Assembly: GCA_000165425.1 (NCBI GenBank)
Contig: CT868025.1
Span: 186,001 to 250,000 of the forward strand
Source of the DNA: Paramecium tetraurelia
Taxonomy: Eukaryota
Length of the DNA stretch: 64,000 nt
Direction: 5' to 3'
Made by a program: the position numbers and the translations under genes. Shown here piece after piece: positions 14,517 through 28,417 of the stretch; the stretch's first letter is position 1, and each line of letters begins with the position of its first letter. The notes beneath the pieces were generated by a model. The model made no database searches. It was not told the DNA's origin and was given only the letters and a program-made list of their open reading frames with translations.

Positions 14517-14716
14517 TTTATTTAATTTTTCATAATATAATTTAAATTAAATCATTCCTATTTATATTTAATAATATTTATAATTCGCCACAATATTTAA
14601 GAATGACAGGGAATAAGAAAATTTAATTAGATTTTCTAAAAGAAGATTAAGTTACTTAAAAGCGAGTTTATAAATTTTAATAAATAAAATTTAGTGTATT
14701 GTTACAAAAATACAAA

Positions 14717-17700
14717 TCAAGAATCTTATTAAATCTAAACTGCAATTTGATTTCCTTAAACGTTTCCATCGACTTGTTGTTGTTGAGAATCCTAAAGTGC
14801 AAATGTATTGAAAATCTATTCGATTGATGCTTATTTTATGGAGTACTAAGAAATTCTATATTGTTTTTTCTAAATTTATTAAATAAAATAATTACATTTT
14901 GTTCGAATCCTTCAAAAAGTTTGCTAACAGTAATTTATCCAAGTAGTCTAAACCTATAGAAAGTTTGGAAATGCTCAATGATTTCAAATTATCCAAAGCT
15001 TTACTGAATAAATTTCTACAATAGATCACCCATTTTCTCCACTATAATATATTCTGCAAGTGTTTCAATTGCCAATAGATTAGGTTTTCTGAGATCATTA
15101 TAAATATGTGATCCTGATCCTTTCATTGTGATTTCTTATTCTAAATGATTTTAATTGATTTTTTTCAATATCTCAAAAGTCATGCTTTAGTCTAATCTCG
15201 TACTGCCTTACAATTGCATCTATTGGATTAATTCTTGAATTTCATTTGTTTAAGGTTTTTCTAATTTGACTTCAATTTCGTATCCTTTTCCAAATTTATT
15301 TTTGATATGTTGAACCGATCCAAGACATCTGAGATTACCACTAACCTGGATAGCAATTTTAGTTGATAATGCTTCAGCTTCTTCCATTGAATGAGTAGTT
15401 AAAATAATAGTACTTTGTTTTCTTTGGGTGGCGATTCTTGAGATAACATTCCACATGAATCTTCTTGCTTCTGGATCCATACCAGTAGAAGGTTCATCCA
15501 AAAAGACAATAGGAGGGTTCCCTATCATAGCTATGGCAACTGACAATTTTCGTTTATTGCCGCCTGAAAGTTAGCCTGATTGAATATTCTCGAATCTCTT
15601 TAAATCCATTTCATTCAACTTCTTTTCAACTAATTCCTCTTTCTTATAGTACGGTATTCCTTTGATATCCGAGAATAGTTCTATGTGTTCTCTGACAGTA
15701 AGGTTATCCAATAAGGCATCAAATTGAGGACAATATCCAATATTGACCCTCGCAGCTTCAAGATCAGTAATGACACTCTTGCCTGCAATAAATGCTTCTC
15801 CACTTGTAGGTTTTAACTCTCCTGACAATATCTTAAAAGTAGTAGTTTTCCCAGCTCCATTGACTCCCAATAAACCAAAGACCTCTCCTTAATCAATAGC
15901 AAAACTGACCTAATCAACAGCCACCTTATGCTTACCTTCGCCCAACATGAATACTTTTCTCAACTCTTTAACAAGAATGGCTTTCTCTTCAGGCTTAAAT
16001 GTTTCACATAATTGTTTTTCTTTAGCAACATCATCGTCAATAGGTTTGGGAATGTAAGGGATACTGGCTTCGCTTGATCCCAATTTCTACAGCTATCCAT
16101 TATCCTCAAAATACTCAACAATGAATATGCTTATTGTATAAACTACTCCCATCACTACAAGCATTAGTATATCTGCACCACTTACTGCCATATCATAAGT
16201 ACTTTTCATTTCACTCCATCCTTCAATTATCATATAAGTATCTTTTGAACATGCATTTAATATTCCATATGCAAATGAGAAGGATGGAATCAATCTGAAT
16301 ATCCATTATAAAACAGTGGCTACATCTCTTGTAGATTCTATCAATCTCAAAATGTAAATTATCAAACTGACAATTGATCCAACCAATAAATGAATGAAAA
16401 AGTTCAATAACATTGCATTACCCTGTTATTTGAAGGCGAAACTAAAGAAATAACAAAAGGGGATGATTGCCCAACCATATAAAAAGAAGATCAACCATGA
16501 GAATCCATAGTTTTCTCCTTGTCTCAAGGCAGCTATATCAAAGGCCAAAATTAGAAGACAACACACAACTGCTGGAATTACATGCTTTCCTAAGTCCATA
16601 AGCCAATTGCTAAACCAATATGCTTTTACTGAAACCCCAGATACCAACTGTTGATGTTTAATGTTAATTTCTCTTTCCTTAACAATGTATGATATAATAG
16701 ATGCTGGAATGAATGCCATACCCATGGAAAACACTAGAGCAGATAAGAAACCAGCTATTGCCTTTGACTCGTTCAATTCATCATAGGTTTTCCTCAAAGG
16801 AGAATTTGTAACTCTGATCTCGTAATTATTATTATTGGTTGCTTTTCTTAAAATTGCTTAATTCATTTAGTTTTGCAAAACAAGCGGGGCTTCCCTAAAG
16901 ATAGTGTTCACAAACATATAATATTCATATTAATCATTTGAATTGCTGGTTAGATAATACCATCCAATATTGGATGTTAAATCAAAAGTATCAAAGTAAC
17001 TTTAATCGATCTTTTAGAGATTACTCAAACTATCATCTCCAAAAACTTGAAGTGACGAGTTGTATATTTCTAAATCAATCTATGAAAATAGAGATTAGTC
17101 ATTCACTCCTCCCCATAAGTATTGAATTCCATTCCCGTAACATTCTGATGGAGGTGATAAAATAATAATATCAGGTTCAGTGATGAAATTTATAGTCATT
17201 AAGATCAGACCGACAAGTACAACCAAACATGGTAAAAGGATTTCACAACATAAACTCATCATATCTCTCTTAAAAAATCTAACCCTTTTCAAAAGTAAAG
17301 CAAGAGTGTGATTGAAAAACAATAAAGTCGGATTAGTCACTCTTATTTAATTAATATCGAAATCGTCGATTTTAATGGCTTATTTGTTTTTATCCTCCAA
17401 CTCCATATAATCATTCACTTAATTATGTCCAGCTCCAATTTAGGCAACCTTTAAAAACACTTCTTCCAGGGTTGTGATGCTGATCCCATAACTTGTAAAT
17501 ATGTAAAGTCGTTTCACAATTATTATCTAAATCTATAAATAATTTTGGGAATTTATTCACAGCATTCAAAGGTAATTACATGAGAATTTCAGCGGAAACC
17601 TTAGAAATCAAAATAGCTTCAGGACAAGACTTCATTATTACATCGATTATTGGTTCTGAATCAGTAAGAGTACTTTCTTTTACAATAGTAAGGTTGTAAC

Positions 17701-20146
17701 CATTGCCAAATTGATTCTTCAAAAACACACTACTTCCAGAACACTGTAATTTACCCTCTCCCATGATACCTATTCTATCACCTAGAAAGTCAGCCTCATC
17801 CATAAAATGAGTTGTCAATACAATGATTCTATCCTCTTTGTAATTCTTAAGCATTTCCCAAATGTATCTTCTAGCACTCGTATCCATTCCTGAAGTAGGT
17901 TCATCCAAATAGATAAGTTTAGAATTACCAATAAATGCAATTGCAACTGATAATCTTCTCTTCTGTCCTCCTGATAGATTCTTACTTAGATAGTCAGTCT
18001 TTTCTAGTAAATCCACATCTTCAATCATTCTTCTAACAGCTGCAGGAATATCGTTTTGGATTCATTCCTTTTAAAAGTAGCAAACATTTCCAAATGTTCT
18101 TTGACTGTCAAATTATCAAATAAAATATCATGTTATGGACACACTCCCATGAATTATCTAATTTCTTCAATTTAAGTTTCAATATCATATCCAAATGCTG
18201 TTGCTTCTCCTGAAGTCATATCTAAGAGACCGGTCAGCATAGAAATGGTTGTGGTCTTACCTGCACCATTGTGTCCCAATAAGGCATAAATTTAGCCGAC
18301 ATACATTGTCAGACTCACATTACTCACTGCTTGTTTTCCACTTGGATAAATTTTAGAAAGATTAGAGATTTTAAGTACTTCTGACCTACTTTCCTAGTCT
18401 TTCAAAGCCTACTCGACTTCCTCATATCTTTCTTGATGGACTTGGGATGACTTCTTCCTCAGTTGTTTAGACTATCCACTATTGTTTGATCTATTAAAAT
18501 AGGGAATGCAAAATAACGGATGTAATTTCTTACCCCATTCATTTGGAAATACAAGATCCAAATAAATTGACAATATCAAGTAGAAGAATATGTTCAAGAG
18601 ATGCATTATCAAAGCAATATTAACTGCATAGTTGTCAACTTTGGTAGATATAGATGACATCGAAACACCTCTCCCTTGAGCTTCAAACAATACCATAACA
18701 TCAAAAGCAAAGGACATTCCTGCATGAGAAGATATTGAGGCTCCCCAATAGGTTGATTCAGGAACTATCTACTCTCCACTGCCAACTAAACTGATCACCA
18801 TGTACATCAACAAGTACCAAACGATTGCTACGATCAATCCGAACAATGCTCTTGTAAAAAACACACTAGGATTACATTAATTTTTACCTTATGAACATAG
18901 ATTAGAATATCAAGACTATGCAAAATAGCCAATAATTCAAGAACAACACAAACCCATCAGTATGAGTAAATACAATGCCCGATAACAGTATTGTAGCAAG
19001 AATTGATATGATTGTATAGATTATGAGATACTGGATAATCCATGATAAATAGAATGAAGTGTTGTTCAACCCCATCATCTTCATACCTTCCCTTAGCTTT
19101 TTCTCCTTTTCATAGATCATCGCATAGGTCATTCTCAAATATATGATTATCAGAGGCAATATCAAATATACACCGAATTACCCTCTTAAAAACTCTGCAA
19201 AATCATCCTTAACTCCATCCTATTGATGCACTAATTGAATTAAACTAATAAATACCATAGGAGAATTTTGGAGTTATTGAAACTTAACTGTTAGTTTCGA
19301 TCCTCAAAATAACGTTATCCACAAAAGTCTACACTGTTAGCATACCAGATTTCCAATAAGCATTCGCTTTGTCATAATCTTGATATTTAACTGGATCCAC
19401 ATCAATTTCATTTGTTGGAGGGATTTCATAATCAAATAATCCACTAGTATTGAATCTCAATTGATAGTCATAGATATTATTCCCGACTGTTTCATTAAAC
19501 ATCACAGCAAAACATACACTAGGAACTCCCCCTTTTCCATAATCTGAATCTGAAGTGTAAGTATCAAGATCATCATTGTTCTTAAAGATTAAAGTTTTGT
19601 AATCATAATAGGCTAATTTCATTGTAACATATCTTTACTTTCAAAAATATACTTCAGTTCCTTTACAATCTTATGATCTTGGCTTGGCCCAAGCACCACA
19701 TGTCCGTTCAACCAATAGCTATCCTCGTCATAATTATAGTTGTCTATGCAATTTCTAAGTTCAACTTAATTAATACTTCATTTTAGGCAATACTGATAAT
19801 CTCGTTTCAGTATCCAAACTCTTAAGATTTTCAACGAGATTCAACCTTGGATTCCACTTATCTATGGCCATAATATTATTTTCTATTTATCTTTCATCGA
19901 TAAAAGGAGATAACATCACTGGTACATTAGGATCTGATGATAGCCAGTCTAATTTAGGCTGTAAAAACCCAGTTTCATCAATATTTGTCTTATGTATAAT
20001 GCGTCTAGAACTCAAATAATTTTTTACCTTATTCCTCCCAATGCTACTATTAGCAGTAATGGTAAAATAATTTCACAAGTAGAACAGAAAAAGTTCCTCT
20101 TCCAGAGGATCCAGTTCTTTTTCAGTAATGAAGATAGATGGCCCAT
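14717..20146 (-). CDS. ABCA: Full-size ABCA-subfamily ABC transporter (TMD-NBD x2); contains apparent frameshifts
   Basis: N-terminus [18 protein letters not shown]. Two Walker A motifs ([18 protein letters not shown]), signatures [12 protein letters not shown] / [21 protein letters not shown] / [17 protein letters not shown] / [22 protein letters not shown]. Confidence 0.95.
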
Positions 20147-20529
20147 CTAATATTATTTTATTTAATTTGATAACTAGGATTTTTCCCAAGTTCTTAAATT
20201 ACAAATTCTATAAATAGATATAGAATATTTAATTCAATCAACACATCGTATTATTAAGATTTTTAGAAATTCTAAAATTCTAATTCTTTGTTCTTACATT
20301 CTCAAATTACTTACCAAATACACTCCTCTGTATTTGCTGCTGATAATTAGGCTAATCTCAAGTCATTATTCTCATATGTAAAAATAAATTGAAAATCAAT
20401 CAATAAGAAAGCAAAGAATTATAAAGAAACACAAGACAGGAATAAAATGAGATTCATAAATATTTACATCAACAATTATAGTAACTCTTACGATTTGAAA
20501 CAAAAAGAATAGCAATAATTTTTATTTAC

Positions 20530-21411
20530 TTTTTTTTAATTTTGACAAGCATCACATGAAAATTTAATATATAAGCAATCGTGAATGAAATGAAACTCAT
20601 CTTTTTGCATTTCATGTAATATAAGATGAGTGTAATTAGAATTCTACTGAATTTGGTTTTATCAATATTTTTTGAAGAAAACTGAGGTGATTTATATAAC
20701 TGTCATACATAATAATTATATCTCAAAATATTATCAAGTTATAAAACAATTCATTTATGAATTTTGTTGTCCTAAAGTTTTTTGGTTGATTAATTTATAA
20801 AGCTTTTATGATTACTTAACATACTTTTTGGTATGTTAGAGAAAATTTAGTTGTTGCCAGGTGCTGTTGTTTATTATTAGGTTGTCTTTAGGTAGACTCT
20901 TTATTATTAAATTTCTTATAAAATTAATGTGTTTTCGGTGCTTATTGTTTCTTCTTTTGGTGATTTTGTTTCTGTATTTATATGGTATTTAGAGACTTCT
21001 TTCACAAAATAAACATTGATTTTATCGTTGTTTATTACCACCTTGGGTGATATTGACTTGTAAGTATCCCCTTATTTGAGATTTTATTAACCATCAATTT
21101 CTTTGACCGATTTTCTTTAAACTCCTGATTACTTTATTTTTAAATGTTCATCACCTATATAGAACAAGAGATATACTTTTTTAGTTGGTTAATGTCTTAG
21201 AACTTTGACAAGTTTACAAAATAGCCTTCGGTTTAGCCACTTATTTTTTTTATATTAAAATAGAGTCCTTTTTTCCACCACTTAGGTCTTTTAACTGAAT
21301 TGAGGTTTTTCTATTATTTGTTCCAATCCTGGCTGTGTTGTAACAGTTTTGTAGAGTATTCATTTGTTTTTTCTCGCAACAAAACAAGTTTAATACTTAT
21401 TCGCTTTTCAT
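20530..21411 (-). CDS. Hypothetical Lys/Gln-rich protein (boundaries uncertain)
   Basis: Open code-6 frame ~20600-21160 on the minus strand with A-rich coding bias; start and stop not resolved. Confidence 0.4.
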
Positions 21412-22409
21412 ATGATTTATAAACAATATTTAATATCAAAATAATACCTTATACTTATATTTATGAAATTTACAAATTTAAATTATTACTCTATCACTAA
21501 TAGAATAGATATAATTTTTATGAATTAAAATGATATTTTAATCAGAATCCGTAAGTGGTTAATATTACTTTAGAATCACAAATGATGACCACAAATAATA
21601 ATGACTATTTTTATATTATTAAATGAACCAATTCCACAAGTAGCTAAATTAGAAGTCTCAATTAGGATGAATAGAATTTAATAGGAACCTATTATCTAAA
21701 TTTAGGCTACAAACAAGCATACAATTCAACATTTTAATCTTTTCTTGTTAATTTTTCTAGAGTTAATTAAATTATTTGACCAGATGTTTGAAAATCTTCC
21801 TTTTGGACTTGTAGACAATCAATTTATATTAAAAGATAAAATATAATGGATAGGTTTTTATGAAATCTATTATATTTTAGGAAAATAAACTGTATATTAC
21901 TTTTCTAGTTTAAATTATGCAACATTGAGTCATTTAATTCTTAAGATAAATTTTATAAACTGCAATTTCATATACTTGGATACCATACACTATAAATATT
22001 TTTATAATAGATTTGAATTGACGCAACAGTCTATAATGAAACCTGATTTTTCGAGATTCAAAACATATTTATATTTAATTATCAAAACTATTTATTGATT
22101 TATTTCCAATTAGCGAAAATAAATAAATATTAATATTTATCATTCTAAAATCCAAATATTTATTAAGGGTTATGATCTAAAAATAAAATTTGAGATTAAA
22201 CTAGTAATAAAATTAAATGATTATTGATAAAAGAAAGCATAAGAAATGATGGATACTCTAAAGAGATTATAATACTATAGGAATGGTTAGTTAGGAATTA
22301 TATAATTATTATTTACAATGATTAGAGATTGTATTATATTATTTTAAATAGAGTTCTAGAATTAATATAAATACAAATCAAATGTATTTAGATTTTTATT
22401 AATCAATAA

Positions 22410-23464
22410 TCATTATTCGCTTTCTTTTTTTATTTCATTTTTCCTCACATCATTTTAAGGTTATTATGCAGAACCATTTTAAAACATTTGCATATTTCCC
22501 TATTATTGTTTTAATTATGAAAACATCTAGAAATTAAATGCATTCTTATTAGCACTCATATTCATCAAAAATTGAAGAGAATTTGCTGACAAATTATTTT
22601 ACTATTGAGAAAAGAATTATTATTATTATTGGCTAGGCTGCTCTTGTTTTATTTGTATGACACTAGCCTTTTTTTATTCTCCTGCTATTTATGGTTAATT
22701 ATTATCCCTATTCCCTACAATAATTAATTTGAATTACTTAATTCTTCTTCTTATTCTTATTACAATCTTTGAACAATTTCAGTTAAAATATTCGAGTAAT
22801 TAGCGAATCTCTATTAATTTTTAGATTGCATATTTGATAGTTCTTATGTTAATTGTTGACTTTCCTAGAATAGTGTTTCATTTTGTTGCATAATTTATTA
22901 GAGTGCTATTTATAGTTATTTTTAACTGTCAGCTATAGCTTAAATTTCATTTTTTAGTTCCTTTTATGCTTTCTTAAATTGCTCAATTTCATCAACAATT
23001 TATGGAATTTCCTAAGATTCTTAATAAATATTTAACATCTTTATCGTCATTTTCTTCCTAATTTCGTCTTTTGATATTATTCAATAAGGCTCTTCCATCT
23101 CTTCGAAACCATTTATGCTCAAATTTTTAATTAATCTCGTCTGCTTTACTTTTTTTAAAATTATACATGTTGAGTTATCTAAAATTTAGAATCAAAATTT
23201 ACCTTAAAAAGCTTGGATAATTCTTATGTTTGAAATATTTTGGCAATATTTTATCAGCAAGCAATTGTTAATTTCTTACAATGAATGCGTTTCCCTCAGT
23301 ATTCCATCCAATAATTTCTTTTAGATCTTCATTCTATTGTGTTTATTAGATAATACTTCCATAATGTCAAACAGTCTTACTAAAAATGAAGGCACACTTC
23401 CTTTTTATCTTTATTCTGAGCTTTAACTTTAAGAATCTTAGAAATTATCACTACTATCTTGCAT
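22410..23464 (-). CDS. HSF-type DNA-binding transcription factor
   Basis: VPSFLVRLFDIME...IIGWNTEGNAFIV...[25 protein letters not shown]...FEHKWFRRD, followed by a Gln-rich coiled coil. Confidence 0.92.
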
Positions 23465-23970
23465 ATTATTTAAAAATATTATTGTTTTGATTTTTATTAA
23501 AAATTAATATATGTATTCATATCAAAAATCTTAACAATACTGATGAATATTACAGTATCTTTTGCCAAAAGCAGATGACATTAATTTCCTCCATTTAGGA
23601 TTTTACAGCATAAGCCTTAACTAAATTAATTAGGTTCTTTATTGAAACATAAATAAGTTCAAATATATATACAAAATCATGTTTAAATATGAATTAAATA
23701 CGTCAGGTGTTCAAAAATCTTCCAATAATAAAATAAATTAATTGGAATATCAATATATTTATTAATTTTATCTCATTTTCTTAAATAAAAAAGAAACATA
23801 ATCTTGATCATAAATAATTTTAATGTGTATTAATATTATGGAATTAATAAAGTATTCTTTATTGATTACAAAATGTTGTTAATTTTTATATTGACCTAAT
23901 TAAATCTCTCATAAAAGACTTATTAAGGATTTGATAGTAACTGATAGAAATTGTATATAATAATTATTTA

Positions 23971-25319
23971 ATGAATTTGAGAAAATTTTCCCAGTTGTCA
24001 TATTTTTAAGCGAAAAGTTAAAAGCAATAGAATCAGCAAACCAAGGCTGTATAATAGAAAAACATGAAGCCTATCTATGAATTTGAGAAGAAAAATTTGA
24101 AAGAGTAGTTTGAATAAAATCAAAGCAATCAATAAACGTTGATTAACCAAGAGACAAATGAGATTACAGTTTCTGATTTCGAAGCATCTACTCATGTGGA
24201 AAAAAAATGTAAAATTTACATAATTAAAGTAATTAGCAATCCAAGGGCGAAAAGAAAACATTTTTCACCAATCTTCAGAACAAACAACATTACAGTTGAT
24301 CAAAATTCAACTAGATTCTAATTATCTTTATCTAGAGAAAAATTGTTAAGCCATGATGCTATCAGTTTATGGGATTCAAATCAAAGAGGAAATAAATAAT
24401 CATCTCATAGTGTTTAGATAGAAGATAAATAAACATTCATCAGCAAAGGTTCAAAGAAAAAGTTAGAGAAAGGTATCAAAATATAGTAAGAATTGGATGA
24501 ATTCCTCAAGTTTAGGCATTAGAATATATAAACTTAATTTGATTGTACCAAACTAAAAAAATTTGAAAAAAGAAAACTGAAAACCAAAATTAGTATTGAG
24601 TATCAAATTGATTCAAGAATTGATAAATAAAATAATGAAAAAGAATGCTAATTTAATGGTTTGAATAATCAAAACTAAGATTTATATACTAAATTAAATA
24701 ATTCATAAGAATAGAAAGAAAAATCAAAAAATAGTAGTTCTATCAAAAGTAACCCTTTGATTCCAATTCACATTCGATACTAATATGAAAAAGAATATAA
24801 GGATGCTAAATAAAAATCAAACGAAAAGTTAAATGAATAATAATAATATCTTTAAAGTAATAATAGTTATTAAATTTAGGAAAAAAAGTAAGTAAGGATT
24901 AAATAGAGGAGTTCTTTAAAGAATAATAGAAATTTATGTAAAAGAGAGCTGACTTTTTTGAAAAAGAATTTGAGAAGAAACTTTGGGAAGCATCCTAACA
25001 TGAAAGTGAGTTTCTTTATAAACCAGTGCTTAATGAATAATCAAGTCGAGTATATTTACTAACTATACATTTAGATTTTGGATAAGAAATTAAAAGGAAA
25101 AAAATTTGATTAGAGAATAGAACAATTCTAATAGAATAGATAAAATAAAATAGAGGAATAGATATAAAACATGAAACCATCTTTCACTCCAAAAATAAGC
25201 AAAATGTCAAGAAAAGTAATCATTCAATAGTAATAAAGCTCATGGAAAACCCAAAATAAAAAAATGATAATGGAGTTTAGTCATATAATTATAAAGCTAA
25301 GACTCAAGAAGGATAGTGA
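23971..25319 (+). CDS. Hypothetical Lys/Gln-rich protein
   Basis: ATG 23971; one 23-nt intron (~25216-25238) brings TGA 25317-25319 into frame; C-terminal PSFTPKISKMSRKL. Confidence 0.65.
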
Positions 25320-25366
25320 CTTAATTTAAATGATATTAATTATATATATCTTTGTTAATCATTAAT

Positions 25367-26749
25367 TCAAAATACTTTTACTGATGGTATTAAGATGTCT
25401 TTATGAAATACAGGATCATTGATTACTTGATCAATGCTCCATCTATTTTAAACATTCTTTTCTAAACATCCATTTATTACTCTCATTACGTTCTCGTTAA
25501 TTTTTTTATCTTAATTAGTTTTTACTTTTTAACACTATATTTATCTATATAGATCTTTATCATTTTATCCTTTAAAAGGATACTCTCCTGTTATCATTCT
25601 AGATAAAAGTATACCTAAAGACCAAATATCTGAACTAGCAGGGTGATGAGGAACCTTATTAAATAAATTGTAACATTACCTTTGCTATTATTTCGGGAGA
25701 CATATAATGAGGCGTCCCACAAAATACGTTAGTTTTTTAATTTAGAGGCATGCAAATGGCAAAACCAAAATCTATCAGTTTTACAACATTAGTTTTCATC
25801 ATTAAAACATTATCTAATTTGATATCTCTATGACATATGTTTAGATCATGCAAATATTTGATAGCCATGGCAATTTGATAGAACAAACTTAAACATTCTT
25901 TTTCTGGCAAGATTCTATTTGGCTTAGACTTTATGTACGAAGCCAAAGATTATGAGGAAATATATTCCATGACTAAATTGATCTTATATTATAATAAAGT
26001 ACTGATTTTTTATCTTCTATTGCCCAATACAATTTGATAATGTTTTGATGTTCAATCCTTTTCAAGATGGATATTTCTCTTTTTACATTGTTCATTTTCT
26101 GAGAATCATTCAATTTTATTTTTTCATAAATTTTAATAGCATATTTCTCTTTCGAATTTTTATCAATACCTAATCTAACCATTGCAAATGATCCTGATCC
26201 CAGTATTGTTTCCAACTTGAAATTTCCCATAATCAATTCTTGATTGCATAATTAGTTCAATGCTAAAGCACTTTTTGGTGGTTTTTATGGTAAAGGACAT
26301 TTATCAATTATTTATTGTTAAGATTCTATTTTCTATTTGTCTTTCGCATCTTCGAATCGCTTAATTCTTGTACCAACTCCCGATAATGCCGAGAAAGGTC
26401 TTGGCTATTGAATTTTTTTGTTTATTGAGGTACTCCACTGTCTATCTTACTATTAAATTCTAGTATTTTAAGTAGTATTTAAGGATAAAGGTTACTCTTT
26501 CGATGATTTCCATTAAGAACATTCTATCTATTATATGAAGTATACTATTGATTTAGTTCTCAATATTTTTGAGAATTACATCAGCTTGCAATTTGATACT
26601 ATTTAAATCATAAATATTAATCGCATCGGTTTTAAGTTCTAATGTTATATCAAATTAACGTTACATTTATTCTTTTCAATATTAGCTAAAAATGATTGAG
26701 TAACAGAGTCATTAGATTCTGATTTGTTAAGTTTTATTTATTTTAACAT
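25367..26749 (-). CDS. Ser/Thr protein kinase, CAMK group (SNF1/MARK-like)
   Basis: LGSGSFAMV, YAIKIY, HRDIKLDN, DFGFA, FCGTPHYMSPE, DIWSLG; TGA 25367-25369. Confidence 0.92.
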
Positions 26750-26866
26750 TCTTTGTTTTTTTGAAAAATTAATAATGATAACGATAATTAATTAATAAAA
26801 CAATAAAATTTTGTCTAATTAGTATAAATATATAAAATAAAAAAGCCATTTAATCCATTATTTAAT

Positions 26867-27520
26867 TCATTCCTACAAACTATCTGATCTGGATGAAAAT
26901 ATTCTATCAACTAATTTGATTTAAGCTTTTTGATTAACAAAGGATTTTGATGAATACTTTCTAGGAACTGAAATTAATTATTTAGTAAATATGCCATAGG
27001 GATCTGTTACCTTAATGGTTCTCTTTTTCTCTTGACTTGACATTTTATAGTTTTTAGAATTGTTTTCTATTTGACTTGTATCTTAACTATTGTATTAAAA
27101 AATATTGGATTTTTTGACAGGTTTGCAGGATTCATACTGTTATTGAATAAAAGAATTTGGAGATTGCTTGATATTCTAATCAAGATAATTGAAAATATTA
27201 TAACAAACATCCGAGACATCTTGAGCACTTTATTATGTACTTTGCTTTGTACTTTATTTGGTGCTTTGTTAATTACCTAAATTTTCTTTATTAGAATCCT
27301 TGATTGAATGCATCGTAGATTTTCTTGAAACAGGATTTTTTTGTAATAATTTAGTTTTCAACAACATATTTTTGATTGCTGCCAGATTTTATTAAGGTAA
27401 AGAATTCTCTCTTCTCCTTCTGAGCATTTATTACTTAGTTTTTGTGACTTCAGGATTAAAGAATTAGGCTGTCTTTTAAAAGGGATCCTCTTTTCCAAAA
27501 CTCTATTCAAAAAAATTCAT
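26867..27520 (-). CDS. Hypothetical protein
   Basis: ATG 27520 (MNFFEQSFGKEDPFQKT); code-6 frame ending SRSDSLQE-TGA. Confidence 0.55.
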
Positions 27521-27615
27521 TTTCAAATTTAATATTAGTTTATTATTAACAAATAAAAAATTATATTAAAAAGAATTTTTATAATTATAATATAAATCCC
27601 CTATTTTTGACATAA

Positions 27616-28372
27616 TCAAACAACGAAATATTTTGAAAATAATGATTTGCTTTTGAGTGTTCCCTCTTATTTACTCTTCTCTATTGAATAGTCATTATAT
27701 AGTAAAACTTTTTCAGTTATTGTTACCTAATCAATTAGATCCTAATCTTTAAATCTGCTCATTATCATCAATCTTAGTTGTTTCTTCAAATGCCAGTTGC
27801 CTTTTTCATAAAAAATCCACAAATTATGATTTAATCTTGGTTTTTGCATCAAATTTATAAGATATGGGTAAATCTCTTTGCATTTTATAACCTCATCATT
27901 TTAATGTCAATCTTATTTGAGACTTTATCTCCATAATCTTTCTCTACCTCCTATTTTATTTTAGGAAATGCTTCTTTGTTTAATTCATCAATTAACCTTC
28001 TATTGAATAGGCTAATAATTGCCTTCCAATTGCTTGCGATATTCCTTCAAATGCAAAACGGTCTCAACAAAATTGTCTTGTGAAGCAATCTCCGCATTTA
28101 ACTAGAAATAAAGCTCATCAATCACTAAAATGAATTCTGTAGGCTGCACCTTGACATCGCCAATTTTTGAAATGGAAGTTAGACAAAAAAGAATACCAAA
28201 ATTTCCTGGATTAAAGGGCCTTGTGGATTATGTTTTAAATGAAGGGCTTCTTCTTCCTATTTATAAGATACTATCCTTCATATTTCACAGAAAAGTAATG
28301 TTTTCTGATACCCACTCATCATGCTGACGCTTTGTTGTGTTGCATTCCTTTTTAATTATAATACTTTAACAT
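27616..28372 (-). CDS. Hypothetical protein, exon structure unresolved
   Basis: Coding-like segments (IDELYFQLNAEIASQDNFVETVLHLKEYRKQL; YPYLINLMQKPRLNHNLWIFYEKGNWHLKKQL) lie in different frames and need atypical introns to join. Confidence 0.4.
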
Positions 28373-28417
28373 AATTTATAATTCATTAATATTATTATTA
28401 TTATTTTTTATATATAC

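Noticed and set aside
18051..18080. Programmed ribosomal frameshift at TTTTAAAA in ABCA
   Set aside because: It is not an in-frame X XXY YYZ heptamer, and a -1 shift meets TGA two codons later. It also lacks the Euplotes-type AAA-stop context.
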